A stretch of 64,000 bases of DNA from Nitrospinaceae bacterium (GTDB taxonomy: Bacteria; Nitrospinota; Nitrospinia; Nitrospinales; Nitrospinaceae), in NCBI GenBank assembly GCA_965223665.1, contig OZ245011.1:544001-608000 (forward strand), given 5' to 3'. How positions within the stretch are numbered: the stretch's first letter is position 1; every line of letters begins with the position of its first letter. The notes beneath the pieces were generated by a model that saw only the letters and a list, made by a program, of their open reading frames with translations, did not search any database and was not told the origin of the DNA. The position numbers and the translations under genes were made by a program. Shown one piece after another: positions 47,082 through 55,436 of this stretch.

Positions 47082-48008
47082 CTATTGAGCATGATCCCCG
47101 TTAACATCAAAGCACCAAGTCCGAACATTGTATTGACCTGTATTTTCCATAGGTTTTTTCCAAAGGCAAGTCACACCAGATATTCCGTCAATACCCGAAT
47201 GAAATGGATTCATAGAATTTCCAGCTTGATTAAGTGTTCCATTGAGGTCCCCCGCGCAAACACCAGCAATGGCAATATCTTCCTCATCATCACAAGCACA
47301 ATATTTACCTACAATATCTTTGCCTTCTTGACCATAAATTTCACAGTATTTAAAGTATAAATTTGTCTTGTTCAATGCAGTATTATTGGGATTGGATGAA
47401 TAGATAACTTCCAATTTTGGCCGGAATTCCCCTGATTCACTAGAGTTCATTTCTATCCCATTATTTGTTCCTCCTGTTCGGATAGCCACCCCATTATTAG
47501 GAATCAATCCGTTCACCCAACCCTGAACAATGGCAACACCTGCGGCATTTAAATTAATAGTAACTTGACCGAAGCTGAATGGAGGTATGATGCCCAAAAT
47601 ATTACTGGTATTTAAATCATTCCAGGTGGCCGTCCCCTCTGACCAAGGGTTATGCTGGGTTAAAATTTTATAAGTCCCAGAACTTGCATCGATAAAATCA
47701 AATGTGATAGAAGCAGCGGTTACCACCGCAGTTGCAGGAATAGCTGAAACATCCCACTGCACTAAGGACGCAACCTCCCCATACTGTCCGCTATTAGAAT
47801 CAAATTGAACTCCGTCGGCTTTTAGTTCTTCCTCAGTTCCAAAGTTTAAGGTTAGCGAGCGTTCCACTAAATAACTGTCTTGAGTTCCGGAATAACTACT
47901 ATCTGGCATTGAGCCATCTTGAAAAGAGGTTGTTATTGCTAACGCTGGAAAGCTAAATAATAATGAAACAATACATATGGCAATGAATAAACAGACAGAT
48001 TCCCTAAT
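47082..48008 (-). CDS. Exported DNRLRE/CBM96-like domain protein with a Cys-rich C-terminus (paralog of 37738..39069)
   Basis: YGEVASLVQWDVSAIP, VQGWVNG..PNNG, RPKLEVIY; the frame extends 33 codons upstream of ATG 47909 through a signal peptide to ATT 48008. Confidence 0.72.
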   Translation of the reverse strand: MRESVCLFIAICIVSLLFSFPALAITTSFQDGSMPDSSYSGTQDSYLVERSLTLNFGTEEELKADGVQFDSNSGQYGEVASLVQWDVSAIPATAVVTAASITFDFIDASSGTYKILTQHNPWSEGTATWNDLNTSNILGIIPPFSFGQVTINLNAAGVAIVQGWVNGLIPNNGVAIRTGGTNNGIEMNSSESGEFRPKLEVIYSSNPNNTALNKTNLYFKYCEIYGQEGKDIVGKYCACDDEEDIAIAGVCAGDLNGTLNQAGNSMNPFHSGIDGISGVTCLWKKPMENTGQYNVRTWCFDVNGDHAQ

Positions 48009-48383
48009 GACTTCCCCCTTAATTCGAATTTTTGGATAATATGAGTGAATCTTAAACCAGGAAGCCTAAATTGTCTATTTGGACTTTGATAGGTAGTATT
48101 TCTGTCAGTTTGGTCGGTGTGCGCCTATAGGCATTTATATTGAAAATTAGTTTAAATGTTAAATTGTCATTCCAATCATTAACACCAAAGTTAATATTCC
48201 TAGAATCGGAATAATTACTAGACTTCTAAAATGAGGGTCTAGAAATTTGGGGATTGCAAAAATGATTGCAAAAAATGTTAGTGCAAACCAACGAAGGTCT
48301 TATCATTAATCCCCCTTTCTTTTCTCAAAAATATAACAATAAAGGAAAGAAGGAAAAGCCTCCAAAATAAATAATAAAGTTTT

Positions 48384-48923
48384 TCATTTTTTAATTGGTA
48401 TATTGAAGGCTTCTGAAATTGCTTTGTCCGCACCTTCCAAAGAAAATTCAGTATGCTTATACCCCCCAGTTGGCAAAAAATAACGAAATAAGATTTTTTT
48501 CCCATTCATTAATCTTTTTATAGTTGATTCTTCACCCCATTCCTTTTCCGGTTTTCCATGCCAGACAATGAAATTGACCCATTTTGGTTCCCATTGATAG
48601 AAGATAGTTCCCATTTTCCTCAAAGCGTGCTGAATATCTTTTAAACCTTCCATATCGCTGGGCTTGTGTTTATCAATGCGAAAAATTGGCAATCTTTTAT
48701 GAGAAATCTGATCAGAGTTTCCTTCTGATAATCTAAAATTTCCAAAAACCCTACCATCATCGGCTCTAAATAAGGAGAACTTATGATCGGAATCATTAGA
48801 AATATAGGCAGTTTTAGTTTCCTTGTCAGTCATTAAGTCAGTATCAACTTTAACCTGCCACTGAGCGCTAGAGCTTTTTACTTGAATAAGAAAAATAAGA
48901 AAAACTAACAATGATCGCAACAT
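48384..48923 (-). CDS. Exported hypothetical protein
   Basis: Signal peptide; W.V..D.MTD, C-terminal EFSLEGADKAI. Confidence 0.65.
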   Translation of the reverse strand: MLRSLLVFLIFLIQVKSSSAQWQVKVDTDLMTDKETKTAYISNDSDHKFSLFRADDGRVFGNFRLSEGNSDQISHKRLPIFRIDKHKPSDMEGLKDIQHALRKMGTIFYQWEPKWVNFIVWHGKPEKEWGEESTIKRLMNGKKILFRYFLPTGGYKHTEFSLEGADKAISEAFNIPIKK

Positions 48924-49045
48924 AAATATATTTAATACTTTTTAATAATATTTTAAAGAAGTCTTTTCTAATCGCCTTAAAAACCCAATAAAAAGAAATA
49001 CCTATGGTGACCAACCCCGAAGTTTAGTCCAGTGGTGTTACAGTC

Positions 49046-50293
49046 TTATTCAACATTAATAAAACAAAGAGCTTTTCTTACCAATTCTATTGCTTCTTGA
49101 CGGTTATTTGCTTGTTTGTTTGGTGTTTTTAGATTGTCAATCATCGGAATTAAATAGTCTGCTTTAACTCCCCAGTTTACGCTCTGGGGTAACGTCCCCG
49201 TTTTCTCTATAAAATTAGCTACCGCAGCAGTTGATGCAACAACACCTACAACGCTGCCATCATCTGTAACTATTGGTCCTCCAGAATTCCCCGGATGAAC
49301 TGGAGTAGATATTTGAATGTAAGAAGCATCATTTTGAAATCCAGACATTGAATTAATTACTCCTTCAGAAAACTTTACGTCACTCCCAAGGATGCTTGTT
49401 ACCGGGAACCCCATAGTAAAAACGGGAGTTCCAAGCGAAACAGTTTTAGCCGATACAAGTTGCAGGAAGTCCGGGGTTTTGCTTTGGATTTTCAAAACTG
49501 CTAAGTCATTTGCTGGGGAAGATTTTATTATTTTTGCTTCCTCGAAGCTCCTTCCATAAAGTTTGACTTTAATGCTTTTGCTTTTCTTTATAACGTGATA
49601 ACTCGTGACTAACTGACCATCTCCACTGATGGCAAAACAAGTTCCTGAGCTAACAATTTTTGTGGAGGGGGTTGCTGATGATTGAGGGTTTTTCAAGGAC
49701 AGTCTTATTTGGGAAGCTAGTTGATATATTTGTTCGCTTATTTGATTAGAAGCTCCTACAAAAGCATCCTCCCAAGCAAGGTTGGATATCTGAGTTACGG
49801 GAGTCTCTTTGAACCCTTTTATTATTTGGTAGTAGATTGTATCGTTTGATGTAGAATTAATGATTGCTAGGCCAAGTTTTAACCTGACGTAAATATGATC
49901 TGGTCCCGATGCATCGGTAAAGGCTTCAAGTATTTCTGTTTTTATGGTTAACTTGGATTTTCCCTCGATAATTCCTGACGCAGCGAAATTTTGCCTGACA
50001 ATATTTTCAAATAAGCCACTTAAATCACCTGTCGTGCCTACATTGGCAGTTACCATCATGAGTTTATTTCTGGCGACTCCCAATCTGTTCTTTTCTGGGC
50101 GTGAATCAAGAATTGGAGAAAACCGAACATGGAGCTTTCCTGTAAGTTTTTCTCTAGGGAAAGCAATCCTCTGACCAACAATGTCTATATTGACATCTCG
50201 TGAAACAAAAGCACATCCATCAATCAATAAAATTGAAAAAAGCAAACCTAATATATACATCCTTAAAGAATTATTTAACTTAACTTTTTCCAT
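49046..50293 (-). CDS. Lipoprotein with a C-terminal trypsin-like serine protease domain
   Basis: Lipobox-like LIDGC; triad TSYHVI, NDLAVL, GNSGGP. Confidence 0.88.
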   Translation of the reverse strand: MEKVKLNNSLRMYILGLLFSILLIDGCAFVSRDVNIDIVGQRIAFPREKLTGKLHVRFSPILDSRPEKNRLGVARNKLMMVTANVGTTGDLSGLFENIVRQNFAASGIIEGKSKLTIKTEILEAFTDASGPDHIYVRLKLGLAIINSTSNDTIYYQIIKGFKETPVTQISNLAWEDAFVGASNQISEQIYQLASQIRLSLKNPQSSATPSTKIVSSGTCFAISGDGQLVTSYHVIKKSKSIKVKLYGRSFEEAKIIKSSPANDLAVLKIQSKTPDFLQLVSAKTVSLGTPVFTMGFPVTSILGSDVKFSEGVINSMSGFQNDASYIQISTPVHPGNSGGPIVTDDGSVVGVVASTAAVANFIEKTGTLPQSVNWGVKADYLIPMIDNLKTPNKQANNRQEAIELVRKALCFINVE

Positions 50294-50433
50294 TCATTTA
50301 CCAAACTTTTTGATGTCGGTTCCTTTTTTCGCCATTTTGCCTAAAGATACATTATATTGGGTGATTTGTGTAGGGATGGCGGGCATCGGGTAAAAAAAGA
50401 GCAGGCGATGTAACTAGGGTATTTCTTTCAAAG

Positions 50434-50455
50434 TGCTACCCAATTTGCTACCCAT
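50434..50455 (+). promoter_or_regulatory. Putative integrase arm-type binding sites (right)
   Basis: TGCTACCCAA (50434) and TGCTACCCAT (50446), 12-bp period. Confidence 0.75.
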
Positions 50456-50500
50456 AGGGAAGTTTGCTTGGCGAGGGTTTCTATAAATTATTGATTTTAA

Positions 50501-50577
50501 TGGTCGGGATGAGTGGATTTGAACCACCGACCCCTTCGTCCCGAACGAAGTGCGCTGCCAGACTGCGCTACATCCCG
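50501..50577 (-). tRNA. tRNA-Pro(CGG)
   Basis: Reverse complement CGGGATGTAGCGCAGTCTGGCAGCGCACTTCGTTCGGGACGAAGGGGTCGGTGGTTCAAATCCACTCATCCCGACCA folds as a cloverleaf, anticodon CGG, CCA end. Confidence 0.97.
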
Positions 50578-50610
50578 ATTTACTTTGGGTAATTCCAAAT
50601 AAAAATAGAA

Positions 50611-50796
50611 TTATTTATCCCAAACGTAGCGGTTAATACTTTCTGATGTAAATGACTGGTTCGTTACATTGCGACTAACGTCTTTAGATTTCTTACACTT
50701 GGGACAATTAATTTCTTTGTTGCCAACCTCAGAAATCTTCATTTCTACAACAAAGTCGTGACTGCATTTTTTGCAAGTATGGTCATACTGTGGCAT
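50611..50796 (-). CDS. FmdB family zinc-ribbon protein
   Basis: MPQYDHTCKKC.HDF...CPKC. Confidence 0.85.
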   Translation of the reverse strand: MPQYDHTCKKCSHDFVVEMKISEVGNKEINCPKCKKSKDVSRNVTNQSFTSESINRYVWDK

Positions 50797-50880
50797 AAAT
50801 TTCCTCGAAAAAACCTCAGCATACAAAACTCTAAACTGTATTTCAATGTATATACACAGACTTGAAATAACCCCAATAAA

Positions 50881-51615
50881 TCAAGATTTTACAGCTACCC
50901 AACCGGCAAAATTAAACCATTTAAAAAACAGTTCGACCTTATTAAACCCGGCTTTTTTCAATAGGTTAAAATTCTTATCGGCGGTCAAGGGAACCAATAC
51001 ATTTTCCAAGGCCTCCCGTTTTCGAGAAATTTCCATTCGAGAGTAACCTTGTTTCTGTTTAAACTTTTCGTATTGGTTAACATAAGTTGCCTCTAAATCA
51101 GGTTCGTTGGGAAGGACTTTTTCAATTAAAATAAGACCACCTTTAGAGTTTAAATTTTTATGTATTTTTTTCAGGAGGGAAGGGCGACCTTTTGGTCTGA
51201 CGAATTGTAAAGTGTAATTTAGAATAACTACGCTTGTGTTTTCTATAGGGAAGTTACTTTCCAGGTTACTTTCAATGAACTCACACTGATCCAAGTGATC
51301 TTTTAATTTTCTTTTAGCTTTTTTTAACATTGGTAAGGAATTATCTATACCAACAAAATGAGCATTGTTTTTTTTAGGAAATGCTTGGGCTAGTTGCTTG
51401 ATTAATGTTCCCGTTGAACACCCTAAATCATAGACGGTAGTGTTCGGTTGATGGAGTTCCCTTGAAAGTTCAATTACCATCCTTTGACTTTCTTTGTAAA
51501 GCGGAATGCTTCTTTCGAGCATATTATCGAAAACACGAGCTACAGATTCGTCAAATTTGAAAACGGAGGGTGGATTGGTTCGATTAAATAAGTCGTCTTT
51601 TTTCCTGGGAGACAT
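50881..51615 (-). CDS. cmoA: Carboxy-S-adenosyl-L-methionine synthase
   Basis: FKFDESVARVFDNMLERSIP.Y, YDLGCSTG, NYTLQF, KREALENVL, FKWFNF. Confidence 0.92.
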   Translation of the reverse strand: MSPRKKDDLFNRTNPPSVFKFDESVARVFDNMLERSIPLYKESQRMVIELSRELHQPNTTVYDLGCSTGTLIKQLAQAFPKKNNAHFVGIDNSLPMLKKAKRKLKDHLDQCEFIESNLESNFPIENTSVVILNYTLQFVRPKGRPSLLKKIHKNLNSKGGLILIEKVLPNEPDLEATYVNQYEKFKQKQGYSRMEISRKREALENVLVPLTADKNFNLLKKAGFNKVELFFKWFNFAGWVAVKS

Positions 51616-51683
51616 GAGGGAAGATTTTTATAAAAAATTAAAATTGTCGGGTTTTATGTTGAGCCCGAAAAATTAAAAAGCAA

Positions 51684-53243
51684 CTAAGGCCCTTCAATGG
51701 AACTTCCCTCGACTGGGCCTGATTTAGGATTAATCAAAAGTTTATTAACCGCATTGACATAAGCTTCCCCGCTAGCTTCAATGGTATTAACTCCTGTCCC
51801 TTTCCCTAAAATTTCGCGGTTTTCGTATAATACGCGGACAGTGACTTCTCCTTGTGCATCTTTACCTTTAGTTTTTGACATTACTTGATAATCGAGTAGT
51901 TTACAAGTCATACCGGTTATTTTATCAATCGCATTATAGATTGCATCAATGGGCCCATCTCCATTACCTTGCGCAGAATGTTCATTTCCATCACGGCTTT
52001 TCAGAATAACTGAGGCTTGAGGCATGATTCCGCTTTCGAAAGAGCCTTCAATTTTTATCAGGGAGTATGTATTTAGATCTTCGTCTGTGAATTTTCTTTT
52101 TTGAATAAGTGCAATTATATCCTCATCAAATACTTCCTTTTTTTCATCAGCCAATACTTTAAAATCAGAGAACACTTCATCAAGTTCGTCCGTGGAAATT
52201 TGGAAACCCATTTGCGAAATTTTTTTTGAAAGTGCGTTTCGTCCCGAATGTTTGCCCATCACCAACTCTGAACTATCCAATCCGATATCATTGGGATTCA
52301 TTATCTCGTATGTATCTTTCTTTTTAAGGAACCCATCTTGGTGAACTCCCGATTCATGGGCGAATGCATTTTTTCCCACAATGGCTTTGTTGCGTTGGAC
52401 AAAAAACCCTGTTAGGCTGCTAACAAGTCGACTGCAGGCCATAATATGTTTTGTATCTATATCTGAATGAATTCCAAAAAAATCCTTTCGTGTTTTTAAT
52501 GCCATGACAATTTCTTCCATAGCAGCATTTCCGGCTCGTTCACCAATTCCGTTAATTGTGCATTCTACTTGCCGGGCTCCCGCCTTGATTGCTGCTAAGG
52601 AATTTGCTACGGCCAAACCCAAATCGTTGTGGCAGTGAACACTAATAACGGCTTGTTCAATATTTCGAACTTGTTCCTTTAAAAATCGAATTAAATTTGA
52701 AAACTGCTCTGGTACAGAATATCCCACTGTATCGGGAATATTCACCGTAGAAGCTCCTGCATCAATAACGGCTTCTACAACTTCCGCCAGGAAATCCTGC
52801 TCAGTTCTTGAAGCATCTTCGGGTGAAAATTCTATGTCATCACAAAATTTTTTGCCGAACTTAATAGCTTCAACAGCCATTTTAATTACTTCGCTTTTGT
52901 CTTTTTGAAGTTTAAAATCGCGGTGTGTTTTGGAAGTAGAAAGAAAGATATGTATTCTAGGTTTATCTGCTTTTTCCAAAGCCCGTGCTGCTGCCGAAAT
53001 ATCTTTCTCCAATGCTCTTGCTAACCCAGCGACAGAGGATCCTTTAATTTCATTGGCAATTTGTTGCACCGATTCAAAGTCACCCGGAGAAGCAATTGGA
53101 AAACCTGCTTCAATCACATCCACTTTTAATAGAGCCAATTGCCTGGCAATTTCGAGTTTTTCCTTGTTGTTCATACTGGCTCCAGGACACTGCTCACCGT
53201 CCCTTAAAGTGGTATCAAATATTATAAGTTTTTCTGACGACAT
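51684..53243 (-). CDS. leuA: 2-isopropylmalate synthase
   Basis: [34 protein letters not shown]-terminal regulatory domain GDGPIDA. Confidence 0.96.
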   Translation of the reverse strand: MSSEKLIIFDTTLRDGEQCPGASMNNKEKLEIARQLALLKVDVIEAGFPIASPGDFESVQQIANEIKGSSVAGLARALEKDISAAARALEKADKPRIHIFLSTSKTHRDFKLQKDKSEVIKMAVEAIKFGKKFCDDIEFSPEDASRTEQDFLAEVVEAVIDAGASTVNIPDTVGYSVPEQFSNLIRFLKEQVRNIEQAVISVHCHNDLGLAVANSLAAIKAGARQVECTINGIGERAGNAAMEEIVMALKTRKDFFGIHSDIDTKHIMACSRLVSSLTGFFVQRNKAIVGKNAFAHESGVHQDGFLKKKDTYEIMNPNDIGLDSSELVMGKHSGRNALSKKISQMGFQISTDELDEVFSDFKVLADEKKEVFDEDIIALIQKRKFTDEDLNTYSLIKIEGSFESGIMPQASVILKSRDGNEHSAQGNGDGPIDAIYNAIDKITGMTCKLLDYQVMSKTKGKDAQGEVTVRVLYENREILGKGTGVNTIEASGEAYVNAVNKLLINPKSGPVEGSSIEGP

Positions 53244-53292
53244 AAATGTAAAGTTTGAAAATATGGTTTAATTCTTAAGGATTTGCCTGAAT

Positions 53293-54234
53293 TTATTCAT
53301 TTGATAGACCAACATCCTTGGCGTTTATAATCTCATATCTTTCGTCTTTGGCAAACCCATTTTGAAAAACATTCGAGTCATAATTTAAAGCATTTTCCCC
53401 AACAATGGGTTTATTTGTGGGAATTGAAAACCCCATTAATGTACTGACTAAATCACAAGATGCTTTAATGAGTTCTGTTTTAATTTGCAATTGAGTATCA
53501 AAGTAAGGTTTATGAATTAATTGGGCCATGACAACTTCTTCCAGGGCTGCATTCCCGGCGCGTTCCCCAATTCCATTAAGAGTGCATTCGACTTGGTTTG
53601 CTCCAGTTTTTATAGCAGCTAAGGAATTGGCGACTGCTAATCCCAAGTCATTGTGGCAGTGAACACTTATAATAAGGTCGCTATCTATTTTTTTAATTTT
53701 TCGAATTAGTTGACCGAATTGATCAGGCATTGCATATCCCAGAGTATCAGAAATATTAATTATTCTGACTCCCTCATTTACAGCGACTTGGACCATTTGC
53801 AATAAAACCGATTCAGGAATGCGTGTAGCATTATGGGGTGAAAATTGTATTTCCGAAAAATAGTTTTTTGCTATTTGGATTCCTGAACTGATTTTGTTAA
53901 ACAAATCATTTGGATTGGTATTAGATAATGAAGCAAATAAATGTATGCGAGGTTTTTTTGCTGATTCAAGAGCTTTTGCTGTCAATTCGATATCCGTTTT
54001 GTTTATCCGAGATAAACTACAAAGGATAGTGTTTTTAATTTTTTTGGAGATATTTTTAATTGTATTGAAATCATCTTCTCCTGCCGCTGCAAATCCTGCC
54101 TCAATAACATCAACCTGCAACTCTGCCAGTTGTTGTGCAATACGAAGTTTATCATTTAAAGGGAGAAGGGTATCCAGCGATTTAAGACCGTCTCTTAATG
54201 TTGTATCTAAAATATATACTCGGTTGGAATTCAT
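53293..54234 (-). CDS. LeuA-like DRE-TIM barrel paralog lacking the regulatory domain
   Basis: [25 protein letters not shown]; ends after 313 aa. Confidence 0.8.
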   Translation of the reverse strand: MNSNRVYILDTTLRDGLKSLDTLLPLNDKLRIAQQLAELQVDVIEAGFAAAGEDDFNTIKNISKKIKNTILCSLSRINKTDIELTAKALESAKKPRIHLFASLSNTNPNDLFNKISSGIQIAKNYFSEIQFSPHNATRIPESVLLQMVQVAVNEGVRIINISDTLGYAMPDQFGQLIRKIKKIDSDLIISVHCHNDLGLAVANSLAAIKTGANQVECTLNGIGERAGNAALEEVVMAQLIHKPYFDTQLQIKTELIKASCDLVSTLMGFSIPTNKPIVGENALNYDSNVFQNGFAKDERYEIINAKDVGLSNE

Positions 54235-54254
54235 GATAGAGGTAAATTAAATAA

Positions 54255-54890
54255 TTAATCAATGGCACTTAAAACTTTGAAACCTGCCTTTTCAATTTTT
54301 TTTACTACATTTTTGGTTTCGCAAAGGTCTACTCGAAAAAAATAAACCTGCTTTTTGGGGTCCTTTTCATATGGAGACATTCCAACACTTATGATGTTCA
54401 TATTTTCTTTATTTAAAATACCGGAGACTTTTTCAAAATTTTTTGGGTCTTTTCCCATAATTACATCGATTCGAGAACTTGATGAAAGAATTCCCATTAA
54501 ATCAACGAAAATCCCCAATATATCCATTATTGAAATTATTCCCACCAGACGATTTCTTCTTACTACTGGAAGAGCCCCAATTTTATTTTTGTAAATGACC
54601 AAAGCGGCATCTTCTACATGCGTTTCAGGAAAAACAACCATAGGATTATGAGTCATATAATCTGAAATTTTCATTTTTGAAGGATCCAGGACTCTTACCT
54701 TTTTATTTGACCTCTCATCTAAAAAAGCACCTCTAATATCGCTTTCTGTAATGATCCCTAATAATTCATGCCCTTCCACTACTGGCAAGTGCCGAATAGA
54801 ATTTTCTACCATTAATTCCTGGGCCCGTTTTATGGTTTCATTTGCTTTTACTGCCAGCGGTTTAGGAGTCATTACCTCGCTTACTATCAT
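54255..54890 (-). CDS. CBS-pair plus ACT domain protein (AcuB-like)
   Basis: IRHLPVV, IGALPVV CBS motifs and a C-terminal ACT-like domain. Confidence 0.85.
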   Translation of the reverse strand: MIVSEVMTPKPLAVKANETIKRAQELMVENSIRHLPVVEGHELLGIITESDIRGAFLDERSNKKVRVLDPSKMKISDYMTHNPMVVFPETHVEDAALVIYKNKIGALPVVRRNRLVGIISIMDILGIFVDLMGILSSSSRIDVIMGKDPKNFEKVSGILNKENMNIISVGMSPYEKDPKKQVYFFRVDLCETKNVVKKIEKAGFKVLSAID

Positions 54891-55339
54891 TTTTACCTCC
54901 AGTTGGCTCTGAGTGGGTTTTCTTTGTTTTTTGTTGACTTAGAAGATTAGTAGTAAAAGAAGTGGTTATTTCACTGCCGCAATATTTTGCCTTAACTATA
55001 ATGTTTAACAAATCTTAGAGAGAAAATATACTGCTAATTCTCTATTTAGATGGAAGCCATTGTTCATAAGATTGCTATGATTTTCAAAATGAGTTCGGAT
55101 AAAATAAATTAGCTTTTTCTAAAAAATCCATTTATATTCCTTTGAAATCAATTGAAATTTCTATAGATAATTGTTTCCTCTCTTTTGAGATCAAGAATCT
55201 AATTAAGATTTTTCAGGATTGCAGTTTACTGACTTCCTTTCTGTAATCTATTGTATAATTAGTATCTATTTTTATGTAAAAAATTTATATAAAAATGAAT
55301 TGCTGTTTAAAAGTCTAATATAATCAATGGTTAAGCATT

Positions 55340-55355
55340 TGGCACTGGGTTTGCT
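55340..55355 (+). promoter_or_regulatory. Sigma-54 (-24/-12) promoter of gltBD
   Basis: TGGCAC-TGGGT-TTGCT matches TGGCAC-N5-TTGCW, 81 bp upstream of the gltB start. Confidence 0.72.
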
Positions 55356-55436
55356 TTGAAAGGCTTTTAACATTTTATTTTAAGTATTGATGTAATTGGA
55401 ATTAAAACAAATTCCAATATTTGATAATAATAGAAT

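Larger units (their letters stand above)
5132..50548. mobile_element. tRNA-Pro-integrated genomic island with a phage-satellite (PICI-like) core
   Basis: Flanking 48-bp direct repeat, adjacent tyrosine integrase, AlpA, rep-like and terS genes, accessory cargo; housekeeping genes resume on both sides. Confidence 0.93.

Noticed and set aside
48252-48277. Tandem gattgcaaaaat repeat
   Set aside because: Only two short copies in AT-rich intergenic DNA; no supportable function
29331-50293. Integron cassette array
   Set aside because: Gene orientations are mixed, I found no recurring attC-like sites, and the integrase is P4-like rather than IntI
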